This document shows positions 1-11,390 of a DNA stretch of 64,000 nucleotides, piece by piece. This DNA is from Octopus bimaculoides. Taxonomy: Eukaryota. The stretch is from assembly GCF_001194135.2 (NCBI RefSeq), contig NC_068993.1, forward strand, positions 57,751,538 through 57,815,537, read 5' to 3'. The notes below the pieces were generated by a model. It saw only the letters and a list, made by a program, of their open reading frames with translations, had not been told where the DNA came from and made no database searches. The first letter of the stretch is position 1; every line of letters begins with the position of its first letter. The translations under genes and the position numbers were made by a program.

Positions 1-139
1 TATATATATATATATATATATGCATACCTCAAGATCATCGACTCTCCCATCATCAGACAACGTATGGTGTTTCTGAAAATTCTTGGCGCTCAGTCACACA
101 GATGATTTGTTTATAGAGATCAAATGTTTGTATTCACAT

Positions 140-262
140 ATCGAAATGATCGCAGAGCAACGTGAAATGAAGTGCTTTGCTCAACAACACAACACAACGC
201 CCGGCATGAGAATGGAACCCACGATCTCGCAATCGTGAGTGAAACATACTAACCACAAAATC
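140..262 (-). mobile_element. tRNA-derived SINE head fragment
   Basis: Reverse complement reads gtggttagtatgtttcactcacgattgcgagatcgtgggttccattctcatgccgggcgttgtgttgtgttgttgagcaaagcacttcatttcacgttgctc: tRNA-like A/B-box head followed by SINE body. Confidence 0.6.
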
Positions 263-825
263 ATACGCCTATGTGTGTTTGTGTGTGTGTGTGAGTGTGT
301 GTGTATGCGCAACTGAATCCGAGAAATACATGTATGTATGTATGTATCTTTGTATTTATGTATGTGGTCTCGACAGAATTAGAATCCCGATAAAGAAAAA
401 TCATGCAATACCAATATATCGTATAAGAAACTTCCAACATCAAACCGCAAAAGCAAAGAGCCCTAAAAATGTTTATTCTTAAGAGAAATTAAATTGCAAA
501 TAAGAACAAGCTGAAAGACAGCAGCGGAAGGTACAAATGACACACGATCGACAAGCACTTTCAACGCAAGCATTAATCATCAGCTGCCTGGCGTTTATCA
601 TCATACTTTTGACAACATAGAAGTACCATAAAATCCTGAGGTGTCAACAGCATTACAGTCTTAAACGTTGGCTGATACCGAAGTACGACTGAAATTTTAG
701 CGTAATGCATATACAGATATACCTACAAACATACATACATACAACACGCACATATACATACGCACAAATACAAACGTATGTGCATAGATATCTGTAAAAA
801 TATATGTATGTACATATGTATAAAT

Positions 826-877
<52 letters not shown>

Positions 878-1754
878 NNNNNNNNNNNNNNNNNNNNNNN
901 NNNNNNNNNNNNNNNNNNNNNNNNNNNNNNNNNNNNNNNNNNNNNNNNNNNNNNNNNNNNNNNNNNNNNNNNNNNNNNNNNNNNNNNNNNNNNNNNNNNN
1001 NNNNNNNNNNNNNNNNNNNNNNNNNNNNNNNNNNNNNNNNNNNNNNNNNNNNNNNNNNNNNNNNNNNNNNNNNNNNNNNNNNNNNNNNNNNNNNNNNNNN
1101 NNNNNNNNNNNNNNNNNNNNNNNNNNNNNNNNNNNNNNNNNNNNNNNNNNNNNNNNNNNNNNNNNNNNNNNNNNNNNNNNNNNNNNNNNNNNNNNNNNNN
1201 NNNNNNNNNNNNNNNNNNNNNNNNNNNNNNNNNNNNNNNNNNNNNNNNNNNNNNNNNNNNNNNNNNNNNNNNNNNNNNNNNNNNNNNNNNNNNNNNNNNN
1301 NNNNNNNNNNNNNNNNNNNNNNNNNNNNNNNNNNNNNNNNNNNNNNNNNNNNNNNNNNNNNNNNNNNNNNNNNNNNNNNNNNNNNNNNNNNNNNNNNNNN
1401 NNNNNNNNNNNNNNNNNNNNNNNNNNNNNNNNNNNNNNNNNNNNNNNNNNNNNNNNNNNNNNNNNNNNNNNNNNNNNNNNNNNNNNNNNNNNNNNNNNNN
1501 NNNNNNNNNNNNNNNNNNNNNNNNNNNNNNNNNNNNNNNNNNNNNNNNNNNNNNNNNNNNNNNNNNNNNNNNNNNNNNNNNNNNNNNNNNNNNNNNNNNN
1601 NNNNNNNNNNNNNNNNNNNNNNNNNNNNNNNNNNNNNNNNNNNNNNNNNNNNNNNNNNNNNNNNNNNNNNNNNNNNNNNNNNNNNNNNNNNNNNNNNNNN
1701 NNNNNNNNNNNNNNNNNNNNNNNNNNNNNNNNNNNNNNNNNNNNNNNNNNNNNN

Positions 1755-1788
<34 letters not shown>

Positions 1789-1851
1789 CATGCAGTCATA
1801 TATGTCTGTGTTGCGCATATATGCCATGTCTCATATTTTATAAATTCTCTC

Positions 1852-1894
<43 letters not shown>

Positions 1895-2474
1895 CTGTCT
1901 GTCTGTCTAACTATCTATCCACCGCATTTACTCTTCCATAACTGTCTCAATCACTATTTACCTAGACCGCTGCAAATGCAATTCCTTCTAGCATTCTTTA
2001 ATACATAATCACACGCGCGCGTTGACCCCTGCACACCCCTACACACATCTACAGAGAGAAGCATGTACACATGTACATCACTCTCCCTGCTCCCTCTCTA
2101 TCTCTCTCTCTCTCTCTGACTTTGTATGTGTATATACGCCTACAGAAGTTCTACATACTCAAAGTAACTGTATTTCTCTATTCATTCACATATGCGTTTA
2201 GTTGAACTCATACTCAGGTATACAAATACGTGTATGTATATATATAATGCCAGCCAGCCAGCCAGCCAGAGAGGCAAGGTGACAGATCAATTGATAAATA
2301 GGCAGACAGTCCGACAGGTATTCGAAGAAACTGGGAAAAAGTCGGATTAACTGAATATCAAACGAATACATAGACTTCTTAATACAGAAATATGCAAATA
2401 TGTACAGTTGTACACTAGCACAAATGCATAGGCACGCAAGCTAACACACACATACACACGCACTTATATATATA

Positions 2475-2519
<45 letters not shown>

Positions 2520-3133
2520 ATATATATATATANNNNNNNNNNNNNNNNNNNNNNNNNNNNNNNNNNNNNNNNNNNNNNNNNNNNNNNNNNNNNNNNNNNN
2601 NNNNNNNNNNNNNNNNNNNNNNNNNNNNNNNNNNNNNNNNNNNNNNNNNNNNNNNNNNNNNNNNNNNNNNNNNNNNNNNNNNNNNNNNNNNNNNNNNNNN
2701 NNNNNNNNNNNNNNNNNNNNNNNNNNNNNNNNNNNNNNNNNNNNNNNNNNNNNNNNNNNNNNNNNNNNNNNNNNNNNNNNNNNNNNNNNNNNNNNNNNNN
2801 NNNNNNNNNNNNNNNNNNNNNNNNNNNNNNNNNNNNNNNNNNNNNNNNNNNNNNNNNNNNNNNNNNNNNNNNNNNNNNNNNNNNNNNNNNNNNNNNNNNN
2901 NNNNNNNNNNNNNNNNNNNNNNNNNNNNNNNNNNNNNNNNNNNNNNNNNNNNNNNNNNNNNNNNNNNNNNNNNNNNNNNNNNNNNNNNNNNNNNNNNNNN
3001 NNNNNNNNNNNNNNNNNNNNNNNNNNNNNNNNNNNNNNNNNNNNNNNNNNNNNNNNNNNNNNNNNNNNNNNNNNNNNNNNNNNNNNNNNNNNNNNNNNNN
3101 NNNNNNNNNNNNNNNNNNNNNNNNNNNNNNNNN

Positions 3134-3181
<48 letters not shown>

Positions 3182-3182
3182 C

Positions 3183-3232
<50 letters not shown>

Positions 3233-3584
3233 GATTAAGGTATAAACAGCTTCTGACGTGCAGATCGTCCACCCAATCGAAAAGAAATTGAGGTATGCTC
3301 ACAGACACACTCTCACAAATTGTCATACACACCATATTCAACGTATATAGATATAACCACATATATACACATGCATGTTTACTCACATACATTGGCTATA
3401 AATCTTTCAACACCATTCATTAATTCTATTTACTTTCTCTAAATTTATCTTTATATAGCCTTCCTACATTTATTTCTCCAAATATCTGTATATACCATCT
3501 AATTATCTCTCTCTCTCTCACCCTCCCTCTCTCTCTGTCATGCCATCTCTCTCACTCTCCGTCTATCTATCTATCTATCTATCG

Positions 3585-3618
<34 letters not shown>

Positions 3619-3934
3619 GTTTCTAACTCTATCTATCCATCTATCTGCCCATATTTCTATCGACTTCTCTGTTAATCTCTATACTTATCTATCTGTGTGT
3701 CTCTGTTTAACTGCCTCTGTATTCAACCATTTACGAATCTACCTATTTATCTATCTATGTACCTATCCGTATGTATATATTCATATATATATGTGTGTGT
3801 GTGTGCGTGTGTGTGTATATATATAAACACACATACGCATACACGTGCTGACTCCTATTCTGTACCGTGTGTGATTAAATCACAAATCGTAATTTAAAAT
3901 CGATAATGTAATTGTCTGTCGTAGTAAATTTCAG

Positions 3935-3975
3935 GAACTTCACTTTATTAGTGAATGGTTTAATAAAAGAGCAAC
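3935..3975 (+). CDS. Candidate small exon (ELHFISEWFNKRA), unknown gene
   Basis: taaatttcag acceptor, GTAGGT donor, 41 nt open in phase 0 to 2. No homology recognised. Confidence 0.15.
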
Positions 3976-4814
3976 GTAGGTATTCTTTGAAGATATGGCA
4001 TTTCCTTTTCGATTTTCCTGACTGTCATCTTCAGAGAAATTCTTTGAAATTATTGATATATGGAACGTAAACATATTTTCGATAATAGCATGAGAACTAA
4101 AAGACCATTGGCTTCATAGCTATGTTTCAATTCACAACCATTTCAGTTGTATGTGTGTATCGACCCCCACCGAAATGTGGAAGGACACCTTGGATAATGT
4201 AGTCTTTGATAATGTTAGTCTGCATGAAAAATGAGACGGTCAAGGCTGGAAATCGTTTGGACAAAGGCGACATGCTGACATGCTGACCTATGGGTAAATA
4301 GCAGCTGAATCCGGAACGAACATGGAATAAATTGTGAGGAAATTAAATGTAAGTTTCTGAAGAACCAACTGAACAGTTAAATTGTAACTTTCTACTTTGA
4401 ATTTCAATACAAAGGGAAACATCTTTGTGACTCAAACATCTTTAGTGCAATGACACTTAGATTTACAAAGAAACTGCAACATTCACTGTCATTTACAAAA
4501 ACTGCTGCTTAATTCATCATACCTTTACAGAAACCATCAATCTCTTGATGTTCTTCACTTTCAGTGTTATTTCAACAAAGAAAATATTCCATGATTCAAA
4601 CAACACCACTACAACAATATCAACATAGAAGAAGAAAATACACTCACAGCTATTCATGGGAATGACTGGTTAATTCATCATATCTATATCGACATCATCG
4701 ATCTGTTGATGTCCCTCACATGTCTTTGCTACTGAATTCAAACTCAACAAGCATTTCTCTGCTTCTCTCTGCTATGACACATTTCTATATTTATTTTTCT
4801 TTTCTTGTTATGTT

Positions 4815-4945
4815 TATGAAAGCCGTTCAAGATCCTAACGCGTACTTTTTTAAAAGCCAGCATCAACTGACCACATTATTTCCGCCCAAGTATTGTGAAT
4901 GTTATGTCAAAGGTGACGTCAACATTCCATTGGTTCTACATTAGT
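4815..4945 (+). pseudogene. Possible decayed APE endonuclease fragment of a CR1/L2-type LINE
   Basis: Translates ...QDPNAYFFKSQHQLTTLFPPKYCECYVKGDVNIPL; GDVNI resembles the GDFN motif with plausible upstream spacing. Single motif only. Confidence 0.3.
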
Positions 4946-5087
4946 GTTTAACAAACACTACCAAGGGACTGAGTAACTATAGCGAATATGACTCGTGGTT
5001 GTTTGGTGACCTTCACGGACTTCATTGATATTCAGTTTGAAGTTTTGTATGTTAATGTGGGAACAAAGGAAATTTCAATCCATTGTA

Positions 5088-5235
5088 GGCACAGGCGTGG
5101 CTCTGTCGTAAGAAGCTTGCTTCCCAACCACATGGTTCCGGGTTCAGTCCCATTGCGTGGCACTTAGATTAAAAGTCTTCTATTATAGCCTCGGGCTTGT
5201 ATGGATTTGGGAGACGGAAACCGAAAGAAGCCCAT

Positions 5236-5283
<48 letters not shown>

Positions 5284-5478
5284 TCTGTGTGTGTACGTGT
5301 GTGCGTGCGTGCGTTTGTGTCTGTGTTTGTCGCCCACAACCACTGGACAACCATTGCCGTAACTTAAAAGTTCGGCAAAAGATATCGATAGAATAAATAC
5401 CAGACTTGAGAAAAACGTACTGAGGTCGATTCATGGCTGCAGTCTAATGACGCACATGTAAATGATAAAAGATAAAAG
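5088..5478 (+). mobile_element. SINE family B copy with internal (TG)n
   Basis: Head ggcgtggctctgtcgtaagaagcttgcttcccaaccacatggttccgggttcagtccc (B box GGTTCAGTCCC), internal (TG)n, GATAAAA-type tail; homologous to 60781-61183. Confidence 0.85.
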
Positions 5479-5619
5479 TTGTGGTTCTAAACCGTAATGA
5501 CTGCGAGGAAAGCTGAGTATAGAAAGGAAGTGATGAACCACAACACACTGAGAGGGAAGGGTAGAGCTAATATGTTTGTGTAGAACATCGATAGGCATAT
5601 ATCAAGCTAGATCAGAGCT

Positions 5620-5788
5620 TTATTGCCACAAAGGGATAAACTTAGAGAGGACAAACAAGCATAGATAAAGTGATTAAGTCGATTACATCGGCCCCAGTGC
5701 GTAATTGGTACTTAATTAATCTACGCCGAAAGGATTTATGCAAAGTCGACCTCGGCGGAATCTGAACGTAAAGACAGACGGAAAAAAT
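5620..5788 (-). mobile_element. SINE family A copy (5' truncated)
   Basis: Contains gtcgattacatcggccccagtgcgtaattggtactta...gcaaagtcgacctcggcggaat, matching other family A copies such as 26691-26928. Confidence 0.8.
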
Positions 5789-5789
5789 A

Positions 5790-5948
5790 TTTATTTATTT
5801 GTTGCCCACAGGGGGCTAAATATACAGGGGATAAACAAGGACAGACAAAGGGATTAAATCCATTACATCGACCCCAGTGCGTAACTACTACTTATTCAAT
5901 CGACCCCGAAAGTATGCAAGGCAAAGTCAGCCTCGGCGGAATTTCAGG
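5790..5948 (-). mobile_element. SINE family A copy (5' truncated), tandem with previous
   Basis: ttgcccacagggggctaaa...catcgaccccagtgcgtaac...ggcaaagtcagcctcggcggaattt. Confidence 0.8.
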
Positions 5949-6356
5949 TGCGAGAAATATTGCTAATACAATGAACGAGTCAATCTTATCGTAACTTGAA
6001 CCAAACATATTAGTGAATTTACAAAGCTTATAGTTCTATGTAACTTTAATTTAGCTTTCGCATATCGGAACATTTACACGATTCCCGTATGTAGGCGTCT
6101 ATCCACAGCGCTATGTTTATTTAAAATACCCAGGAAAATTTGATTTCTAAAAACTGTAGTGATGCTAACACATTTCAACATATTTATTTTTCTGTGCAAA
6201 CATCCTCTTCGTATTTGAATAGAATGTTAAGCAAGATACTTATAACTACATTGCTATAATACTCGAAATGTTCTCTGCCTAGACAATAATCTGCCTTTAC
6301 ATGCATACAAACGTTTACATAAAAATATGTGTATATATATGTATATATATATCTAT

Positions 6357-6663
6357 ATTTTATTTATTTATTTATGTGTTTCAGCCAAGTGGCTGCGGTC
6401 ATGCTGGTGCACCACCGTGATTTTCACGTTCCTTGCATGGCTCTTCTCCCCCACCTGACATGGTCCAATCAAGAGTTTTGATGGCACATCTAGTGTATAA
6501 GAGAATTTGACATAGCTGCCCTAAACTACGTCTCATTACGAGCCATTGGTTCGTCTGGTATCGTGGAGAGGAAAGTGTCAAGTTTTGTCTTGAAGACCTC
6601 CGCATCCATATCTTGCATGTCTCTCAAATTTTTGGCCAGGGCATTGAAGAGCTGAGGTCCTCT
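6357..6663 (-). mobile_element. CR1/L2-type LINE 3' end
   Basis: Minus strand translates RGPQLFNALAKNLRDMQDMDAEVFKTKLDTFLSTIPDEP, the GPxLFNxL...FKxxLDxFL...PDxP ORF2 C-terminus of CR1/L2-group LINEs, then a short 3'UTR and a (TAAA)n tail. Confidence 0.8.
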
Positions 6664-7368
6664 GTGTGTGTATATGTTCGTTTGTGTGTGTGTGTATATT
6701 CATATATATATANNNNNNNNNNNNNNNNNNNNNNNNNNNNNNNNNNNNNNNNNNNNNNNNNNNNNNNNNNNNNNNNNNNNNNNNNNNNNNNNNNNNNNNN
6801 NNNNNNNNNNNNNNNNNNNNNNNNNNNNNNNNNNNNNNNNNNNNNNNNNNNNNNNNNNNNNNNNNNNNNNNNNNNNNNNNNNNNNNNNNNNNNNNNNNNN
6901 NNNNNNNNNNNNNNNNNNNNNNNNNNNNNNNNNNNNNNNNNNNNNNNNNNNNNNNNNNNNNNNNNNNNNNNNNNNNNNNNNNNNNNNNNNNNNNNNNNNN
7001 NNNNNNNNNNNNNNNNNNNNNNNNNNNNNNNNNNNNNNNNNNNNNNNNNNNNNNNNNNNNNNNNNNNNNNNNNNNNNNNNNNNNNNNNNNNNNNNNNNNN
7101 NNNNNNNNNNNNNNNNNNNNNNNNNNNNNNNNNNNNNNNNNNNNNNNNNNNNNNNNNNNNNNNNNGTATGTATGAATGTATATATATATTCACTAGTGAG
7201 CAGACAAGTGGAGGGATAAGGCACTCAGCAGATTTAGTAGATGTTACATATATTATTCAAAACTGTTAGACTAGGCTCAATGGGTCTTCAAGATTCACGG
7301 GCTTCTGACAGAAATCTCATTCAGGTTTAGATTACAGAATGTCTCTCTGTTTCTGTGTCTTTCTTTCT

Positions 7369-7407
<39 letters not shown>

Positions 7408-7417
7408 CATACATACA

Positions 7418-7449
<32 letters not shown>

Positions 7450-7799
7450 GTAGGAGAGGTCGGAAGGTGACAGGGGTGAGCGAAGTATAGTGTCAGAGAG
7501 AAACAGGATATGCTAAGCTAAGAGGAGTTAAGAGAGGTTAGTATAGGTTAAGGCACTTGTGATATGACAGAAATGAACAGGTAGGAGAAAATGACAATTG
7601 AGAAATTATCAATTAGCAATTGATAAACGAAAAACAAAAGATGAAAAAATGAAGAATGAAAATAACGAAATAAATAAATAAAATGAAAAATGCAAAAAAT
7701 TTAAAATGCTGAGGCAGTGTGAAGGAGTGAGATTTTAATAGTCTACATGATTATATTAACAATGAGGAGACACTCGGAAATCCGCGTTTTAAATTCCAG

Positions 7800-7892
7800 A
7801 ACATTCCATGACGGAGTTAACAAACCTTGCGCATATGAAAGAGAATTTCAACAAACCACCAACCGCAAAAGTTCGCTTCGACAACAAGATTG
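7800..7892 (+). CDS. Candidate internal exon, unknown gene
   Basis: ttttaaattccag acceptor, G|GTAAGT donor, 93 nt, open in two frames (HSMTELTNLAHMKENFNKPPTAKVRFDNKI or TFHDGVNKPCAYEREFQQTTNRKSSLRQQD). No family recognised. Confidence 0.25.
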
Positions 7893-8288
7893 GTAAGTTG
7901 AGAATACACAAGAACATTACATTAAATATTAACTATGTTTTGGCTAATTTGCTACATTTCATTTGATTTGTGAATCTCTGTGATATTCTGTTCATACACG
8001 GCTTGGAAACATTTTAATTCGACTTCAATTCAGTGAAGGGACAAATACACAAGTAACGACTTGATGTGACATAGATCTAGAAACATATCTGCAGACAATG
8101 GTAAAGAACGCTTTCTGTTTATTTAATATAGCCAACTTCATTTCAGCTGGATATTAATATTCACGGTGTTCTAGTAAAAACTAATTAATATTATTCCACA
8201 AGAGGAAGAAAATCGGTAAATAACTACGCTATTCTGAAACAAGAAACGAAAAGAATAAAATGAAATGACATAGCGATTGACATCAGTA

Positions 8289-8345
<57 letters not shown>

Positions 8346-9108
8346 NNNNNNNNNNNNNNNNNNNNNNNNNNNNNNNNNNNNNNNNNNNNNNNNNNNNNNN
8401 NNNNNNNNNNNNNNNNNNNNNNNNNNNNNNNNNNNNNNNNNNNNNNNNNNNNNNNNNNNNNNNNNNNNNNNNNNNNNNNNNNNNNNNNNNNNNNNNNNNN
8501 NNNNNNNNNNNNNNNNNNNNNNNNNNNNNNNNNNNNNNNNNNNNNNNNNNNNNNNNNNNNNNNNNNNNNNNNNNNNNNNNNNNNNNNNNNNNNNNNNNNN
8601 NNNNNNNNNNNNNNNNNNNNNNNNNNNNNNNNNNNNNNNNNNNNNNNNNNNNNNNNNNNNNNNNNNNNNNNNNNNNNNNGTTAAGGCCATGTTATATAAA
8701 TAACAATCGCGTGCTGATGTAAGTGTTCACGCAACTATATGCACGATAACTATGCCGAGAGTGAAGTATTTGTAAATTCTGATAATGCATCACGTAAGTG
8801 TATATATAAACAGGTTGCCTAATTAGATAGATATAACGGAGAAGTGTGCTTGCTTGTATGGTAGGGATAGTAAGTGGTGTACGTTCCATCCGTGTATGTT
8901 GGTACATATATGTGGGTTCGTGTGTGTCTATTTATATATGTATATAAGGATCAAATATTCAGGAGTCAATATTTATATAGGTGTTATATTTCCATACGTT
9001 CTCCAGAGTATTGTTGATTCTGTTGTTAATTTCCACGTTAACTTTTGGTGGTTTGAACGAGGGTTTCGACTCCTATCTCTAGCAGGCAGGGGCATTCGTG
9101 TGCCCTTA

Positions 9109-9142
<34 letters not shown>

Positions 9143-10084
9143 NNNNNNNNNNNNNNNNNNNNNNNNNNNNNNNNNNNNNNNNNNNNNNNNNNNNNNNNNN
9201 NNNNNNNNNNNNNNNNNNNNNNNNNNNNNNNNNNNNNNNNNNNNNNNNNNNNNNNNNNNNNNNNNNNNNNNNNNNNNNNNNNNNNNNNNNNNNNNNNNNN
9301 NNNNNNNNNNNNNNNNNNNNNNNNNNNNNNNNNNNNNNNNNNNNNNNNNNNNNNNNNNNNNNNNNNNNNNNNNNNNNNNNNNNNNNNNNNNNNNNNNNNN
9401 NNNNNNNNNNNNNNNNNNNNNNNNNNNNNNNNNNNNNNNNNNNNNNNNNNNNNNNNNNNNNNNNNNNNNNNNNNNNNNNNNNNNNNNNNNNNNNNNNNNN
9501 NNNNNNNNNNNNNNNNNNNNNNNNNNNNNNNNNNNNNNNNNNNNNNNNNNNNNNNNNNNNNNNNNNNNNNNNNNNNNNNNNNNNNNNNNNNNNNNNNNNN
9601 NNNNNNNNNNNNNNNNNNNNNNNNNNNNNNNNNNNNNNNNNNNNNNNNNNNNNNNNNNNNNNNNNNNNNNNNNNNNNNNNNNNNNNNNNNNNNNNNNNNN
9701 NNNNNNNNNNNNNNNNNNNNNNNNNNNNNNNNNNNNNNNNNNNNNNNNNNNNNNNNNNNNNNNNNNNNNNNNNNNNNNNNNNNNNNNNNNNNNNNNNNNN
9801 NNNNNNNNNNNNNNNNNNNNNNNNNNNNNNNNNNNNNNNNNNNNNNNNNNNNNNNNNNNNNNNNNNNNNNNNNNNNNNNNNNNNNNNNNNNNNNNNNNNN
9901 NNNNNNNNNNNNNNNNNNNNNATATATATATATATATACATATGTATATACATACATATATTTATATATGTATGTAGGTAGGTAGATACACACACACAAA
10001 CTAAATATTCGGTTATATATAAATGTTCAGTTAAACCAGCGTTGAACAGTGGTCTAACTCTGCAGGACTTCGAAGTCACTCTTA

Positions 10085-10612
10085 CCTACTACAAGGTTCC
10101 GGGTTTAATACCACTACGTGTCACGTTGGGCAACTATCTTCTATAGTCATTTATATGCATATGTGCGTGTGTGTATTTTAGACCCTACCTCTTCTTTTCA
10201 ATTTCTGATGGCTTCTTTATGTACTCATACATTCTTTTCTACTCTAGGTACAAAGCCCTATATCTTGGGGCCAGTCGATTAGATCGAACCCGGAACGCAA
10301 CTCGTACTTATGTTATTGACGCCTAAAGAATGAAAGGCAAAGTCGACCTCAGCGGAATTTGAACCTACAACGTAAAGACAATCGAAATACTGCTAAGCAA
10401 TTCACCTGGCGTGCTAACGTTTCTGCCAGTTCGCCGCCTTAAAGTCCTCATAAATTTAACGGGTCGGCAAAAGGGACCAGTAGAATGAGAACATGTTATA
10501 AAGGAATATATACAGTGCTTGATTTGTTCAACTACAAACTTCAAGGCGGTGCCCAAGTTTGGCAACGTTCCAGTGACTGAGACAAGTAAAAGATAAAATG
10601 ATAAAAGATAAA
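10085..10612 (+). mobile_element. Decayed SINE family B copy interrupted by a family A copy
   Basis: Head remnant aaggttccgggtttaataccactacgtgtcacgttgggcaac (about 10094-10135); tail ggtcggcaaaagggacc...aaggcggtgcccaag...gactgagacaagtaaaagataaaa (10441-10612). Confidence 0.55.
10231..10440 (-). mobile_element. SINE family A copy
   Basis: ttcttttctactctaggtacaaagcc...ggcaaagtcgacctcagcggaatttgaac...gtgctaacgtttctgccagttcgccgcctt. Confidence 0.85.
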
Positions 10613-10978
10613 GGATGTCTACATGAGTTCCTTTACTATTGTCGCAACGCTTAAGTTACTCCTTTTGCCTCGTTCCAACCCCAATCTCGGACACCCCGAG
10701 AAGGGTCATCAGGGTTGCCCTCACTTCTCTGACTAAGCCATAAAAAAAGTTTCGTGAGACAGATTTTAATTATAAAGTAATATGTTTTTCATGCATTATC
10801 TCTGCTAGTTTTAATCGAAAGTTTTAATGTTATAAATTCGAAGGTGAACGTACTAAGCAGAACACTAGAGTGAAAATGAAGGAAAAAAAAATTAATGACA
10901 TTTAGAATGCGCTGCAGGAAATTAGACAGTGAAGATGGAAAACAAGATTACTACAATTACTGTTATGCGAAATTAGCA

Positions 10979-11012
<34 letters not shown>

Positions 11013-11358
11013 NNNNNNNNNNNNNNNNNNNNNNNNNNNNNNNNNNNNNNNNNNNNNNNNNNNNNNNNNNNNNNNNNNNNNNNNNNNNNNNNNNNNNNNN
11101 NNNNNNNNNNNNNNNNNNNNNNNNNNNNNNNNNNNNNNNNNNNNNNNNNNNNNNNNNNNNNNNNNNNNNNNNNNNNNNNNNNNNNNNNNNNNNNNNNNNN
11201 NNNNNNNNNNNNNNNNNNNNNNNNNNNNNNNNNNNNNNNNNNNNNNNNNNNNNNNNNNNNNNNNNNNNNNNNNNNNNNNNNNNNNNNNNNNNNNNNNNNN
11301 NNNNNNNNNNNNNNNNNNNNNNNNNNNNNNNNNNNNNNNNNNNNNNNNNNNNNNNNNN

Positions 11359-11390
<32 letters not shown>

